DNA of 64,000 bases from Promethearchaeota archaeon. Its GTDB lineage: Archaea; Asgardarchaeota; Lokiarchaeia; Sigyniarchaeales; SOKP01. A model generated the notes under the pieces. The model saw only the letters and a list, made by a program, of their open reading frames with translations. It had not been told where the DNA came from and searched no databases. A program made the translations under genes and the position numbers. Position 1 is the first letter of the stretch. Each line of letters opens with the position of its first letter. The DNA is taken from contig JBHLNK010000006.1 of assembly GCA_048941625.1 (NCBI GenBank), positions 1,652 through 65,651 on the forward strand. The letters are read 5' to 3'. This document shows, piece after piece, positions 28,820 to 37,942 of the stretch.

Positions 28820-29875
28820 TTGGTGAATTCTACGAGTGTTATTGTTCCATCTTATGCTTATACTCTTATCAAGATAAGTTTCTTAAAACAATTGATAATG
28901 GAGGACAATACTCTTCTTAAGTTACAGGAAATTACAGAGATAAAACAATTTATAGAATTTATTAATATCTTTTATCCTGGTTTTACAGTTGAATCTCCTA
29001 CGTTTGAAAATATAGAAAAAGCACTATTTCATACCTATATAAAATTAATTGGGAAAGTTATTTATATCTCTCCGGAAACAATGAGACTGTTCTTAAGAAG
29101 TTATTTAATGAAATATGAAATTATGAATATTAAACGTATAATACTTGGAACAATTCTAGGTATGAGTGTTGATGAGAAGTCAGCTATGGTAAATATGATG
29201 GTGGAAGAATATTTAGATAATGCAGAATTCATAAAAGAACTCATTGAAATTCCATCTTTAGAAGGAATACGAATTTATATGAGACCAACAATATATAACA
29301 AAGTTATAAGAGAAGGTATTCTCTACTTTAAAAAAACAAATGAAATATTTGTGCTAGAATCTTTCTTAGATCAACTCTATTATAACAATTTAAAAAATGA
29401 GATAACATTTCTCACTCAAAAAGAAAATGTAATGATTACACCATATATAAAATATATTTCAGAGATTTATAATTTGAGACTTATATATAGAGGAATTAAA
29501 AATAAGATTGAAAAAAATCTTTTATTGCAATTACTAGTAGACAATTATTTGTTTATGAATGAAAAGATATTAAGCGAATTAATCAATTTAAATACTAAAG
29601 AAGAATATGAAGATATCCTAACAAATTATTTTAGTAATATTAAAGAATTAAAATCACACTTGATCAATCTTGACAAAGAACATTTTATCTGGTCAATAGA
29701 AAAATTCTATCTAGATTATTACTTCAAATTGTTAGAAATTAAGAATGATGATATAGACTTTCAAGCTATATATAAAATTTTAGAAGTTTTAATAAAAAAA
29801 GACAAAGAAATTCGCTTATATCTTCTACCAAAGTTAACTAATATTATATATAAGAGATACAACCTATTAAAATGA
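28820..29875 (+). CDS. atpC: A-type ATPase subunit C (V-type d homologue)
   Basis: About 350-aa all-helical protein with a YAY...R...L N-terminus and an LMKYEIMNIKRIILG motif typical of subunit C/d. Operon context. TTG start. Confidence 0.7.
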   Translation: MVNSTSVIVPSYAYTLIKISFLKQLIMEDNTLLKLQEITEIKQFIEFINIFYPGFTVESPTFENIEKALFHTYIKLIGKVIYISPETMRLFLRSYLMKYEIMNIKRIILGTILGMSVDEKSAMVNMMVEEYLDNAEFIKELIEIPSLEGIRIYMRPTIYNKVIREGILYFKKTNEIFVLESFLDQLYYNNLKNEITFLTQKENVMITPYIKYISEIYNLRLIYRGIKNKIEKNLLLQLLVDNYLFMNEKILSELINLNTKEEYEDILTNYFSNIKELKSHLINLDKEHFIWSIEKFYLDYYFKLLEIKNDDIDFQAIYKILEVLIKKDKEIRLYLLPKLTNIIYKRYNLLK

Positions 29876-29920
29876 TTTAATAATATCAAGATTAAAGAAG
29901 TCAATTAAAGTTGAAAAAAC

Positions 29921-30232
29921 ATGAATATTTTTGAATGGATAAAGGATATCGAAAAGACATATGATGATTTAATCGATAATGCAAAAGAGGTAAATTTGAA
30001 TGATATTGAAAAATTTAGGGAAGAACAAATAAAAGAATTTGATAAATTTCTTAATAAAAAGAATGAATTAGTAGATAATGCTTTAATAAATCTCTCTAAA
30101 GATGTAGATTCTCAAATTAAAGTATTCAGAGAAAAGATGGATAAGGCAATTAATAAAATTGAAAAAGTATTTCAAAAAAATATTCAAAAAATACAAAATT
30201 TAATTATAACTGAAACAGGGTTGGATTTTTAA
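29921..30232 (+). CDS. atpH: A-type ATPase peripheral-stalk subunit H (V-type G-like), tentative
   Basis: 103-aa single long charged helix. Sits between C and F, and its stop overlaps the atpF ATG (TAATG). Confidence 0.5.
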   Translation: MNIFEWIKDIEKTYDDLIDNAKEVNLNDIEKFREEQIKEFDKFLNKKNELVDNALINLSKDVDSQIKVFREKMDKAINKIEKVFQKNIQKIQNLIITETGLDF

Positions 30233-30555
30233 TGTTAGATCAAAAAATTCACATTTTAGGACAAGAAGATTTAGTAGTTTTACTTGGACTTTTAGGTTTA
30301 GAAGGCACAATCATCAACTCTGAAGAACAATTCTCAAAAGAATTTAACAAATTAATAGATGATCCTTCTATTGGCATGATTGTAATCGCGATGGCTTTAA
30401 GTGAAGATTTAATAAATAATTTAATAAATTTTAAACTCAACAACAAACAGCCCTTCATATTTATTCTACCAGATATTTTCCAGCCTCGGATTGATGAGGA
30501 AGGAAAAATTTTAAACAAAATATTAGATGCAATAAGAGAAATTATATTATCTTAA
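30232..30555 (+). CDS. atpF: A-type ATPase subunit F
   Basis: KIHILGQEDLVVLLGLLGLEG...IGMIVI pattern and ~105 aa size typical of subunit F. Confidence 0.75.
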   Translation: MLDQKIHILGQEDLVVLLGLLGLEGTIINSEEQFSKEFNKLIDDPSIGMIVIAMALSEDLINNLINFKLNNKQPFIFILPDIFQPRIDEEGKILNKILDAIREIILS

Positions 30556-30607
30556 GAGGTGATTAAAAATTTCGGAAGAAAGAGAATTTAGAGAAAGAAT
30601 TGGAAAT

Positions 30608-31297
30608 TTGGGAATTTATTTAATTGAGAAAGCTCAAAAGGAAATTGAAGAATTTAATAAACAAACTCTTTTTCAAAAGGCAGAAATTAAGAAAAGGAAT
30701 TTAGAAAGAAGTCAAGAAAGAGCACAAAAATTAAAAGAACAATTCATTGAAAATTATAATCAGTTCCTTAATCAATCATTATCTACAACATTACTAGAAG
30801 GAAAAGAGAAATTTTTGAATTTAAAAAATTCCCTAATTAAGACTCTTAAAAATAATCTATTAAATCACCTTAAAAATAGAATTAACGATAATTATATGAA
30901 TTATTTAGATTTTTTATTTAATAACATAAACAGCATTAAAAACAATATTGATAAACCCCAAGCAATCGAAATTATTTTTAATTCAAAAGAATATAATTAC
31001 TTTATCAAGAACCCTGAAAAACTTCAAGGTCAATTCAAAAATCCTGTAGAAATTAATAAGGATAATATTGATTTTATTGGAGGGTTTAAAGTTTCATTAG
31101 GTACTGGGGTGATTTCTTATGATTACACAATAGATAATTTAATCGATAAGAAATCTTCATTCATTCAAAAGGAGATTTCTCAAATTATTGATGATTCAGA
31201 AATAAAAGAAATAGAAAATAAGTTTAATATTTTTATTCAAAATCAAAAATCAAAAATCGACGAATATATTAAGCAATATGATCAAATCCAAATATAA
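30608..31297 (+). CDS. atpE: A-type ATPase peripheral-stalk subunit E
   Basis: Long N-terminal helix (IEKAQKEIEEFNKQ...) and a C-terminal globular part (FIGGFKVSLGTGVISYDYTIDNLI). The start is ambiguous: TTG at 30608, or ATT at 30569 after AGGTG. Confidence 0.7.
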   Translation: MGIYLIEKAQKEIEEFNKQTLFQKAEIKKRNLERSQERAQKLKEQFIENYNQFLNQSLSTTLLEGKEKFLNLKNSLIKTLKNNLLNHLKNRINDNYMNYLDFLFNNINSIKNNIDKPQAIEIIFNSKEYNYFIKNPEKLQGQFKNPVEINKDNIDFIGGFKVSLGTGVISYDYTIDNLIDKKSSFIQKEISQIIDDSEIKEIENKFNIFIQNQKSKIDEYIKQYDQIQI

Positions 31298-33122
31298 AAA
31301 TAATCCAGAACATGGATATATTTCTGCTATAATGGGTTCATTAATCAAGGTTAAAGGATTAGAACGCAAAATCAAACTACATGAATTAATTAAAGTAATT
31401 AATTATAATCTTTTAGGGGAGGTTATTCAGATTTATGCTGATCATATTGTAGCCCAGTGCTTTGAAGATACATCAAACTTAAAGATAAATGATGAAGTTA
31501 TTTCTTTAAACGAACCACTTTCTATGGAATTAGCACCAGGATTACTAGGGAGAATTTTTGATGGAATTCAAAGACCGTTACAAAACGCATTCGCAAAATA
31601 TGAAGATGGTGGCCTTCAGCGAGGTTTAGAGATAGAAGCATTATCAAGAGAAAAAAAATGGCATTTTAAACCGACAATTAAAAAAAATCAAATAGTTTCT
31701 AGTGGTGATGTAATAGGAATAGTACAAGAGACACCTTTAATTGAACATAAGATAATAGTTCCACCATCAGTTACCGGAAATTTAACTTATGTTTCAAAAG
31801 AAGGAGATTATACTATAATTGATGAGATTTATAGAGTAAAAAAAGAAAGTGAAGAAAAAACTTTTCCAATGCTACAAAAATGGCCTGTGACTAAAGCAAG
31901 ACCGTTTAAAGAAAGAAAAATTCCGAATGAACCTTTAATCACAGGAATTCGAGTTATAGATTTATTATTTCCTATAACAAAAGGAGGAACTATTGGGGTT
32001 CCAGGAGGATTTGGGACAGGCAAGACTGTTATTCAACACTCTTTAGCCAAATGGTGTAATGCAGATATAATTATCTTTGTTGGTTGTGGGGAGCGAGGGA
32101 ATGAGATAGCTGATGTACTTAACCAATTTTCTGAATTGATTGATCCACAAACCAAACGTCCTTTATTAGAACGAATTGTTCTCATCGCTAACACTTCAAA
32201 TATGCCTGTATCAGCACGTGAAGCTAGTATTTTTTCAGGAGTAACTATAGGTGAGTATTATCGTGATATGGGGTATGATGTTGCAGTTCTAGCAGATAGT
32301 ACATCAAGATGGGCGGAATCTCTGAGAGAAATTTCCGGATTATTAGAAGAAATGCCTGCAGAAGAAGGTTATCCCGCATATTTACCTTCTAAACTTTCTA
32401 GTTTCTATGAAAGAGCTGGAGTCGTTGAATTGCATGGAAATGGTGTTAGTGGGGAAGAAAGAATTGGATCTTTGACTATTATTGGTTCTGTTTCCCCTCC
32501 TGCTGGAGATTTTAGTGAACCTGTTACTGCCACTACTAAAAATTTTGTACAAGGTATCTGGGCTTTAGACGCAGCACTTGCTTATTCAAAGCATTATCCT
32601 GCAATTAATTGGTTGAATTCATATTCAAATTATCCAGATTATATTTCTGAATGGTGGTTTGACAGAGATTTCGATTGGGTAGAAATAGATGCTGATTGGT
32701 TGAATTGTCGTGAACAAGTAAATAAAATTTTATCTAAAGATAATGAATTGAAATATATTACTCAATTAATAGGAGAAGAAAATTTGCCAGAAGATCAGCA
32801 ACTAATAATTTTCATTGCTAAATTAATTAAAAATGGGTTCTTAATTCAAAATGCCTTCGACGATATAGATAGTTATACAAGTATTAAGAAATTATTAGGT
32901 TCAATAAAATTAATTCTTTTGTTATATAAAGAAAGTAAAGAGCTTCTAAAGGAGGGTTTTTACACTGAAGAAATTAAAGATCTAAGGGTAATTGATGATA
33001 TTTTAAGATTAAATCGTACTATCCCTAATAATGATTTTGATAAAATAGAGAAAGTAAAAAAAAAATTATTAAATCAAATAGAGGAACTTAAATTAACTCG
33101 CAAGGTATATGGTAAAAAATGA
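31278..33122 (+). CDS. atpA: A-type ATPase catalytic subunit A (copy 1, canonical GER motif)
   Basis: [21 protein letters not shown], Walker [23 protein letters not shown], Walker [33 protein letters not shown]. The ATGA overlap with atpB indicates translational coupling. Confidence 0.95.
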   Translation: MIKSKYKNNPEHGYISAIMGSLIKVKGLERKIKLHELIKVINYNLLGEVIQIYADHIVAQCFEDTSNLKINDEVISLNEPLSMELAPGLLGRIFDGIQRPLQNAFAKYEDGGLQRGLEIEALSREKKWHFKPTIKKNQIVSSGDVIGIVQETPLIEHKIIVPPSVTGNLTYVSKEGDYTIIDEIYRVKKESEEKTFPMLQKWPVTKARPFKERKIPNEPLITGIRVIDLLFPITKGGTIGVPGGFGTGKTVIQHSLAKWCNADIIIFVGCGERGNEIADVLNQFSELIDPQTKRPLLERIVLIANTSNMPVSAREASIFSGVTIGEYYRDMGYDVAVLADSTSRWAESLREISGLLEEMPAEEGYPAYLPSKLSSFYERAGVVELHGNGVSGEERIGSLTIIGSVSPPAGDFSEPVTATTKNFVQGIWALDAALAYSKHYPAINWLNSYSNYPDYISEWWFDRDFDWVEIDADWLNCREQVNKILSKDNELKYITQLIGEENLPEDQQLIIFIAKLIKNGFLIQNAFDDIDSYTSIKKLLGSIKLILLLYKESKELLKEGFYTEEIKDLRVIDDILRLNRTIPNNDFDKIEKVKKKLLNQIEELKLTRKVYGKK

Positions 33123-34507
33123 GTATAATATATAAAAAAATACAACAGATAATTGGACCACTTCTATTCTTAAGAAATGAGCATAGTGCTCAATATGGTG
33201 AGATTGTAAAGATAAGAGCAGGAAATAATATCAGGACAGGACAAATAGTTAAAATGAGTGAAGATATAATAGTTGTTGAAGTTTTCGAGGATACTTCAGG
33301 ATTATCATCAGAGAATGCAGAGATTATCTTTACAGGCGATACTTTTAAAGTTAATATTTCAAAAGACATGTTTGGACAAACATTTAATTCTTTGGGAAGT
33401 CCGATTGATATTAGGTCAAAAAACATCGTAGATTCTGATATCTTGGCAGATGTTCGAAGGGATATTAATGGAACCCCGATAAACCCGTTTGCTAGAGAAT
33501 ATCCTGTCGATATCATCCAAACAGGTATCTCCGTGATCGATGGATTATTTACTCTTATAAGAGGACAAAAGCTTCCCATTTTTAGTGGACAAGGATTACC
33601 ACATAATAAATTAGCTGCTCAGATTGCGACTCAATCAAAAGTTACAACAGAAGAACCTTTTGTTATCATATTTTGTGGAATTGGCATTATTCAAGATGAA
33701 GCAATATATTTCCTAAAACAATTTCAAGAGAGTGGTACTCTTCAAAATATTATTTCTTTTATAAATTTCGCTGATGATCCTATTATTGAAAGATTAATTA
33801 TCCCTCGAGTTGCATTAACTACTGCTGAATATTATGCATTTGAAAAAGATATGCATGTACTAGTAATTTTGATTGATATGACTAATTATGCAGAAGCTCT
33901 TAGAGAATTAAGTTCCGCTAAAGAAGAAATTCCCAGTAGGAAAGGATATCCTGGCTATATTTACTCAGATTTTGCTTCAATTTATGAACGTACAGGAAAA
34001 ATTAAAGGAAAAAAGGGATCAATTACACAAATACCAATCTTGACAATGCCAAACGATGATATATCTCATCCCATTCCTGATACTACTGGCTATATTACCG
34101 AGGGACAATTAGTTCTCAGTCGTAACTTACACAAGAAAGGTATCTATCCTCCTTTTGAGGTATTAGCATCAATATCAAGATTGATGAAAGATGCTATTGG
34201 TGATGAAAAAACAAGAGAAGACCATGCTGATGTAAGTTCTCAATTATTAGCAGCATATTCCAATTATCTTGAAGTAAGAGATTTAATTTCAATTGTAGGA
34301 GAAGATGGTTTGAATATTGATCAAAGGAATTTACTCCAGTTTGGAGTTGATTTTGAACAGAAATTTATTAATCAAAAAGTAAATGAATCACGCGATTTCA
34401 ATCAAACCTTAAATATTTCTTGGCAAACTCTTTCCCATCTAAATAAAAATCAACTGATTAGAATCCATCCAAATTTTATAAATAAGTATTATAACCCTCA
34501 GGTGTAA
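33119..34507 (+). CDS. atpB: A-type ATPase non-catalytic subunit B
   Basis: [91 protein letters not shown]. Confidence 0.95.
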   Translation: MSIIYKKIQQIIGPLLFLRNEHSAQYGEIVKIRAGNNIRTGQIVKMSEDIIVVEVFEDTSGLSSENAEIIFTGDTFKVNISKDMFGQTFNSLGSPIDIRSKNIVDSDILADVRRDINGTPINPFAREYPVDIIQTGISVIDGLFTLIRGQKLPIFSGQGLPHNKLAAQIATQSKVTTEEPFVIIFCGIGIIQDEAIYFLKQFQESGTLQNIISFINFADDPIIERLIIPRVALTTAEYYAFEKDMHVLVILIDMTNYAEALRELSSAKEEIPSRKGYPGYIYSDFASIYERTGKIKGKKGSITQIPILTMPNDDISHPIPDTTGYITEGQLVLSRNLHKKGIYPPFEVLASISRLMKDAIGDEKTREDHADVSSQLLAAYSNYLEVRDLISIVGEDGLNIDQRNLLQFGVDFEQKFINQKVNESRDFNQTLNISWQTLSHLNKNQLIRIHPNFINKYYNPQV

Positions 34508-35149
34508 ATTATAAGTTTTAGAGAGATCAAGCCAACAAAAACAAATCTATTAAATCTAAAAAGAAGATTAGATTTTGCTGTCAAAGGTCAAAACTTTTTG
34601 GAATTTAGACGAGAGCAACTAATCCTTCAAATAAAAAAATTATGGAAGGAGTATAAAATACAAAGAAGAGAACTAATTATGTTATATAAAGAAACATTAG
34701 GTTCTCTAATTCAAACATATGAAGAAATGGGAAAAAATGAAGTTAATTTAATTAGTAAATTTAGCAAAATTCAGTATAAACCAAGAGTTAACATCCAAAC
34801 AAAAAAGAAAATGGGAATTGTAATTACACAAGTAGATTATCAATTATTCCAAGAAAAGAAACTTCCTGCTTATACTTTTGAAAATACAAGCCATTATCTT
34901 GATGATCTGCTTTTAAACTTAAAAAATTTCTTCAAAAATTTTATAGAATTTTCTGAATTTGAAGATTTACTACTCAAAGTAGCATCCGCCTTTAAAAAAA
35001 TAAACAGAAGGATAAATGGTTTGAAAAATGTTATAACACCAAGACTAGAAACACAGATTAAACAGATTAAAGATATTTTAGAAGAAATTGAAAGAGAGAA
35101 TTATGTAAGATTGAAAAAGACTAAAGATTTAATTATTAAACAAGAATAA
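34508..35149 (+). CDS. atpD: A-type ATPase central-stalk subunit D (5' end extended relative to the ORF track; no canonical start codon available)
   Basis: The frame upstream of the TTG at 34598 encodes ...EIKPTKTNLLNLKRRLDFAVKGQNFLEFRREQLI, the conserved subunit-D N-terminus. It is open only from 34508, immediately after the atpB TAA, and contains no ATG/GTG/TTG before 34598. Confidence 0.8.
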   Translation: MISFREIKPTKTNLLNLKRRLDFAVKGQNFLEFRREQLILQIKKLWKEYKIQRRELIMLYKETLGSLIQTYEEMGKNEVNLISKFSKIQYKPRVNIQTKKKMGIVITQVDYQLFQEKKLPAYTFENTSHYLDDLLLNLKNFFKNFIEFSEFEDLLLKVASAFKKINRRINGLKNVITPRLETQIKQIKDILEEIERENYVRLKKTKDLIIKQE

Positions 35150-35165
35150 CGTAAGTGAGAATATT

Positions 35166-37454
35166 ATGGGTAAAAAAGATGAATTTTGTTTAATGAAAGT
35201 AGATATTAATCAGAATTATAAAGATCAACTTTTAATTGAACTCTCTAACCTAAATATTGTTCATATTAAGCCTAAAGAAAAATCTAAAGAGAAAGTAGAG
35301 ACTGAAGAAAAAAGACCTATTATTGAGAAGATTAATCTTTTAAGAAAAAACTTAAACATCTTATTTAAAAGATTGAATATTAGTGAAACTGATATTAAAA
35401 GCCTAAGAATTAAAAAGTCAGAAAGAATCGAATTTACTGCTAATGATTTAGATGATTTAATTAATCATATCCTTGAAGAAATTGAATTTTTTACAAATCG
35501 AGTCACAGAATTAAATAGTTATGTGACTAAAGCCAATATCGAATTGGAAAATATTCAAATTGCTAAAAAATCTTATAAAGCTCTCGAAAAAATCAATATT
35601 ACGAAAAATTATTCCCAAAATTTAAATCATTTCAAATTTCGTCTTTTTACTACTTTTTCAAAAAATTTAGATAATTTAATTAACCTTTTTGCCTTTACTG
35701 AATTCCCAAATTTTTATAATACGTTCCAAATCTCAGATGATAGAATTGGCTTTTATATAATTTATCCAAAAGATAATGAACAGGAATTTAACGGGAGAAT
35801 AAAATTAATTCATTCTGAAGAAGTCCCGATTTTAAAGAAATATCTTACAGAAACTGGAATTAATTATGATCGAATTGAAATAGAAATTAATTTCATTAAG
35901 GATTTGTTATCTCGATATAATAAAGAAAAGGAGAGAATTGCTAATGATAATTTATTAAAATTTGCAGGAATTAATGAAATTGTTCAAAATATTGAAGAAT
36001 ATAATTGGGCCGCCCAACAATTCGAAACCACATCAACAAATAGAGTAATTTTAAAGTTTTTTGTTCCTTTATCAAAAAAGAAGACAACCCAAAGCGATTT
36101 ATTTGAGAAGTTTAAAGATAATATCATGGTCGAGTCAGTTGATATCTCAAAAAAACGCCCTATTTATGAATCTTATTCCAAAGACCTAATTAAGAAAAAG
36201 AAAGAAAAATTTAAAGAAAAGAGTGAAGATCTAAAGAAAAAGAATGAAAAAGACGAAAAACTAGAAGATTTAAGGGATGTAACTCCAAGGATTATGAAAA
36301 ACTTTTTTCTAATAAGACCCTTTGAAACAATAACTAAAATGTATGGTACACCAGCTTATGCTGAAATAGATCCTACTCCAATAATTGCATTTACATTTCC
36401 GATATTATTTGGTATAATGTTCGGAGATATAGGACATGGTTTAAGTCTAATAATTGCAGGTCTAATGGGTGCATTAGTATTTAGGAAACGAAAAAAGTCA
36501 ATTTCTAGCTTCTCATGGATTATTTTTTTCTGTGGATGGGCGTCCTTACTCTTTGGTTTTTTATATGGTGAATTTTTTGGACATCATGAAATTGAGCTTT
36601 TTGGTAATGTAATTTGGAATTTTGAAGAAAATCCAATAATAATTCCATTTTTTAATGTTAAGTTATATAATCCGTTAGGAAATATTTTATCTGTATTTTA
36701 TTTTGCTATTGTAATTGGAATATTTCATATAATTTTAGGATGGTTTATTCAGTTTTTAAACTATTGGAAGCAGCATAGGAGATATCTTGCTTTTAGTGAT
36801 TCATTAATGAAAATTTTCTTTTTATTAGGTGGGGCAACTCTAATATTTACATTTGGATTTGATCTTAATGTTTGGTTGACTTTTCCTTATCCTATATTAT
36901 TAGTATTGATCCCTGGGCTTTTACTGATACTATCAAAACCATTAGGAAAAATTTTAAAGATTTCATATTTACAGAAAGAATCAATAGGTAGCTTAATAGG
37001 TGAGGGATCAATCGAAACATTTGATACATTACTCTCAGTAATGAGTAACGTTTTATCTTATATTAGATTATTAGCCCTTGCGTTAGCTCACATTGCTCTC
37101 TTATTTGCTATAAACGAAATGGGGAATTTAATTGGAGGAGTAGGACTTGGATTTGATATATTGAAATTAATTGGTGCAATCTTTGGGAATATAATTGTAA
37201 TTCTAATTGAAGGATTACTTGTTTTTATAAATGTCATGAGATTACACTTCTATGAATTTTTCTTCAAATTCTTTCAAGGATCAGGTTCTGAATATTTTCC
37301 ATTCTATTTAGACAATGATTATTCAATTATTAGTTTCAGTAGAGAATTGGATAAAGATATCATATCTGAAGAAATTGACAAAGAAATCGAAATTAAATCA
37401 GTAAGAGAGGAAATTGATAAAGCTAAGAATTATATCATAAATAAATTTAAATAA
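35166..37454 (+). CDS. atpI: A-type ATPase stator subunit I (V-type a homologue)
   Basis: N-terminal cytoplasmic coiled-coil domain with a K/E-rich insert. C-terminal membrane domain has GTPAYAEIDPTP and the essential-Arg helix LSYIRLLALALAH. Confidence 0.9.
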   Translation: MGKKDEFCLMKVDINQNYKDQLLIELSNLNIVHIKPKEKSKEKVETEEKRPIIEKINLLRKNLNILFKRLNISETDIKSLRIKKSERIEFTANDLDDLINHILEEIEFFTNRVTELNSYVTKANIELENIQIAKKSYKALEKINITKNYSQNLNHFKFRLFTTFSKNLDNLINLFAFTEFPNFYNTFQISDDRIGFYIIYPKDNEQEFNGRIKLIHSEEVPILKKYLTETGINYDRIEIEINFIKDLLSRYNKEKERIANDNLLKFAGINEIVQNIEEYNWAAQQFETTSTNRVILKFFVPLSKKKTTQSDLFEKFKDNIMVESVDISKKRPIYESYSKDLIKKKKEKFKEKSEDLKKKNEKDEKLEDLRDVTPRIMKNFFLIRPFETITKMYGTPAYAEIDPTPIIAFTFPILFGIMFGDIGHGLSLIIAGLMGALVFRKRKKSISSFSWIIFFCGWASLLFGFLYGEFFGHHEIELFGNVIWNFEENPIIIPFFNVKLYNPLGNILSVFYFAIVIGIFHIILGWFIQFLNYWKQHRRYLAFSDSLMKIFFLLGGATLIFTFGFDLNVWLTFPYPILLVLIPGLLLILSKPLGKILKISYLQKESIGSLIGEGSIETFDTLLSVMSNVLSYIRLLALALAHIALLFAINEMGNLIGGVGLGFDILKLIGAIFGNIIVILIEGLLVFINVMRLHFYEFFFKFFQGSGSEYFPFYLDNDYSIISFSRELDKDIISEEIDKEIEIKSVREEIDKAKNYIINKFK

Positions 37455-37494
37455 TTTTAATAATCATAAATAAGAGAGCTAAAATATATAGTAT

Positions 37495-37911
37495 ATGGCG
37501 CCGAATAAAATCAGAAATACACATAAAATTTCTGTCATAAGACTTTTTGGTATTATTGTATACTTGGCTATTTTTATATTCATGTTTTATTTTTTAATTA
37601 CATTAGGCTTTAATCCATTTATTATCTTTCTTTTTCTTTTTTTTATCGTTTTAGCTACTATTGGACTTTTTTTCGGGATAAAAAAAAAGAAAATTTATTC
37701 CAGGATGTTTTCCAAAGATAAAAATATAGAGATAACAAGAGAAGATCAAAATGAACAAGTGGAAATATATAACAAAGAACAAATGATTCCTAGACCTGTG
37801 AATCTAGGTTCTAGTTATCGTAAACCATTAATAGATAAATGTAAACATTGTGGAAATATCGTACCAAATTTTGTAAAAAAATGTCCTTTTTGTAATAAAA
37901 ATTTGAGCTAG
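37495..37911 (+). CDS. Two-TM membrane protein with a C-terminal zinc ribbon, function unknown
   Basis: Two hydrophobic helices (IRLFGIIVYLAIFIFMFYFLI; FIIFLFLFFIVLATIGLFFGI), then CKHCGNIVPNFVKKCPFCNKNL (CxxC-x10-CxxC). Confidence 0.5.
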   Translation: MAPNKIRNTHKISVIRLFGIIVYLAIFIFMFYFLITLGFNPFIIFLFLFFIVLATIGLFFGIKKKKIYSRMFSKDKNIEITREDQNEQVEIYNKEQMIPRPVNLGSSYRKPLIDKCKHCGNIVPNFVKKCPFCNKNLS

Positions 37912-37942
37912 CATAAAAGAATTTATTTTATACAAGTAAATT

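Noticed and set aside
34505-34510. AtpB-AtpD fusion protein by read-through of the single in-frame TAA.
   Set aside because: It is formally possible because both genes share a frame. A covalent B-D fusion is hard to reconcile with the 3:1 stoichiometry and central-stalk geometry. Reinitiation at AUU/AUA after the AGGTG motif is the simpler explanation. It stays mentioned as an alternative under the atpD finding.
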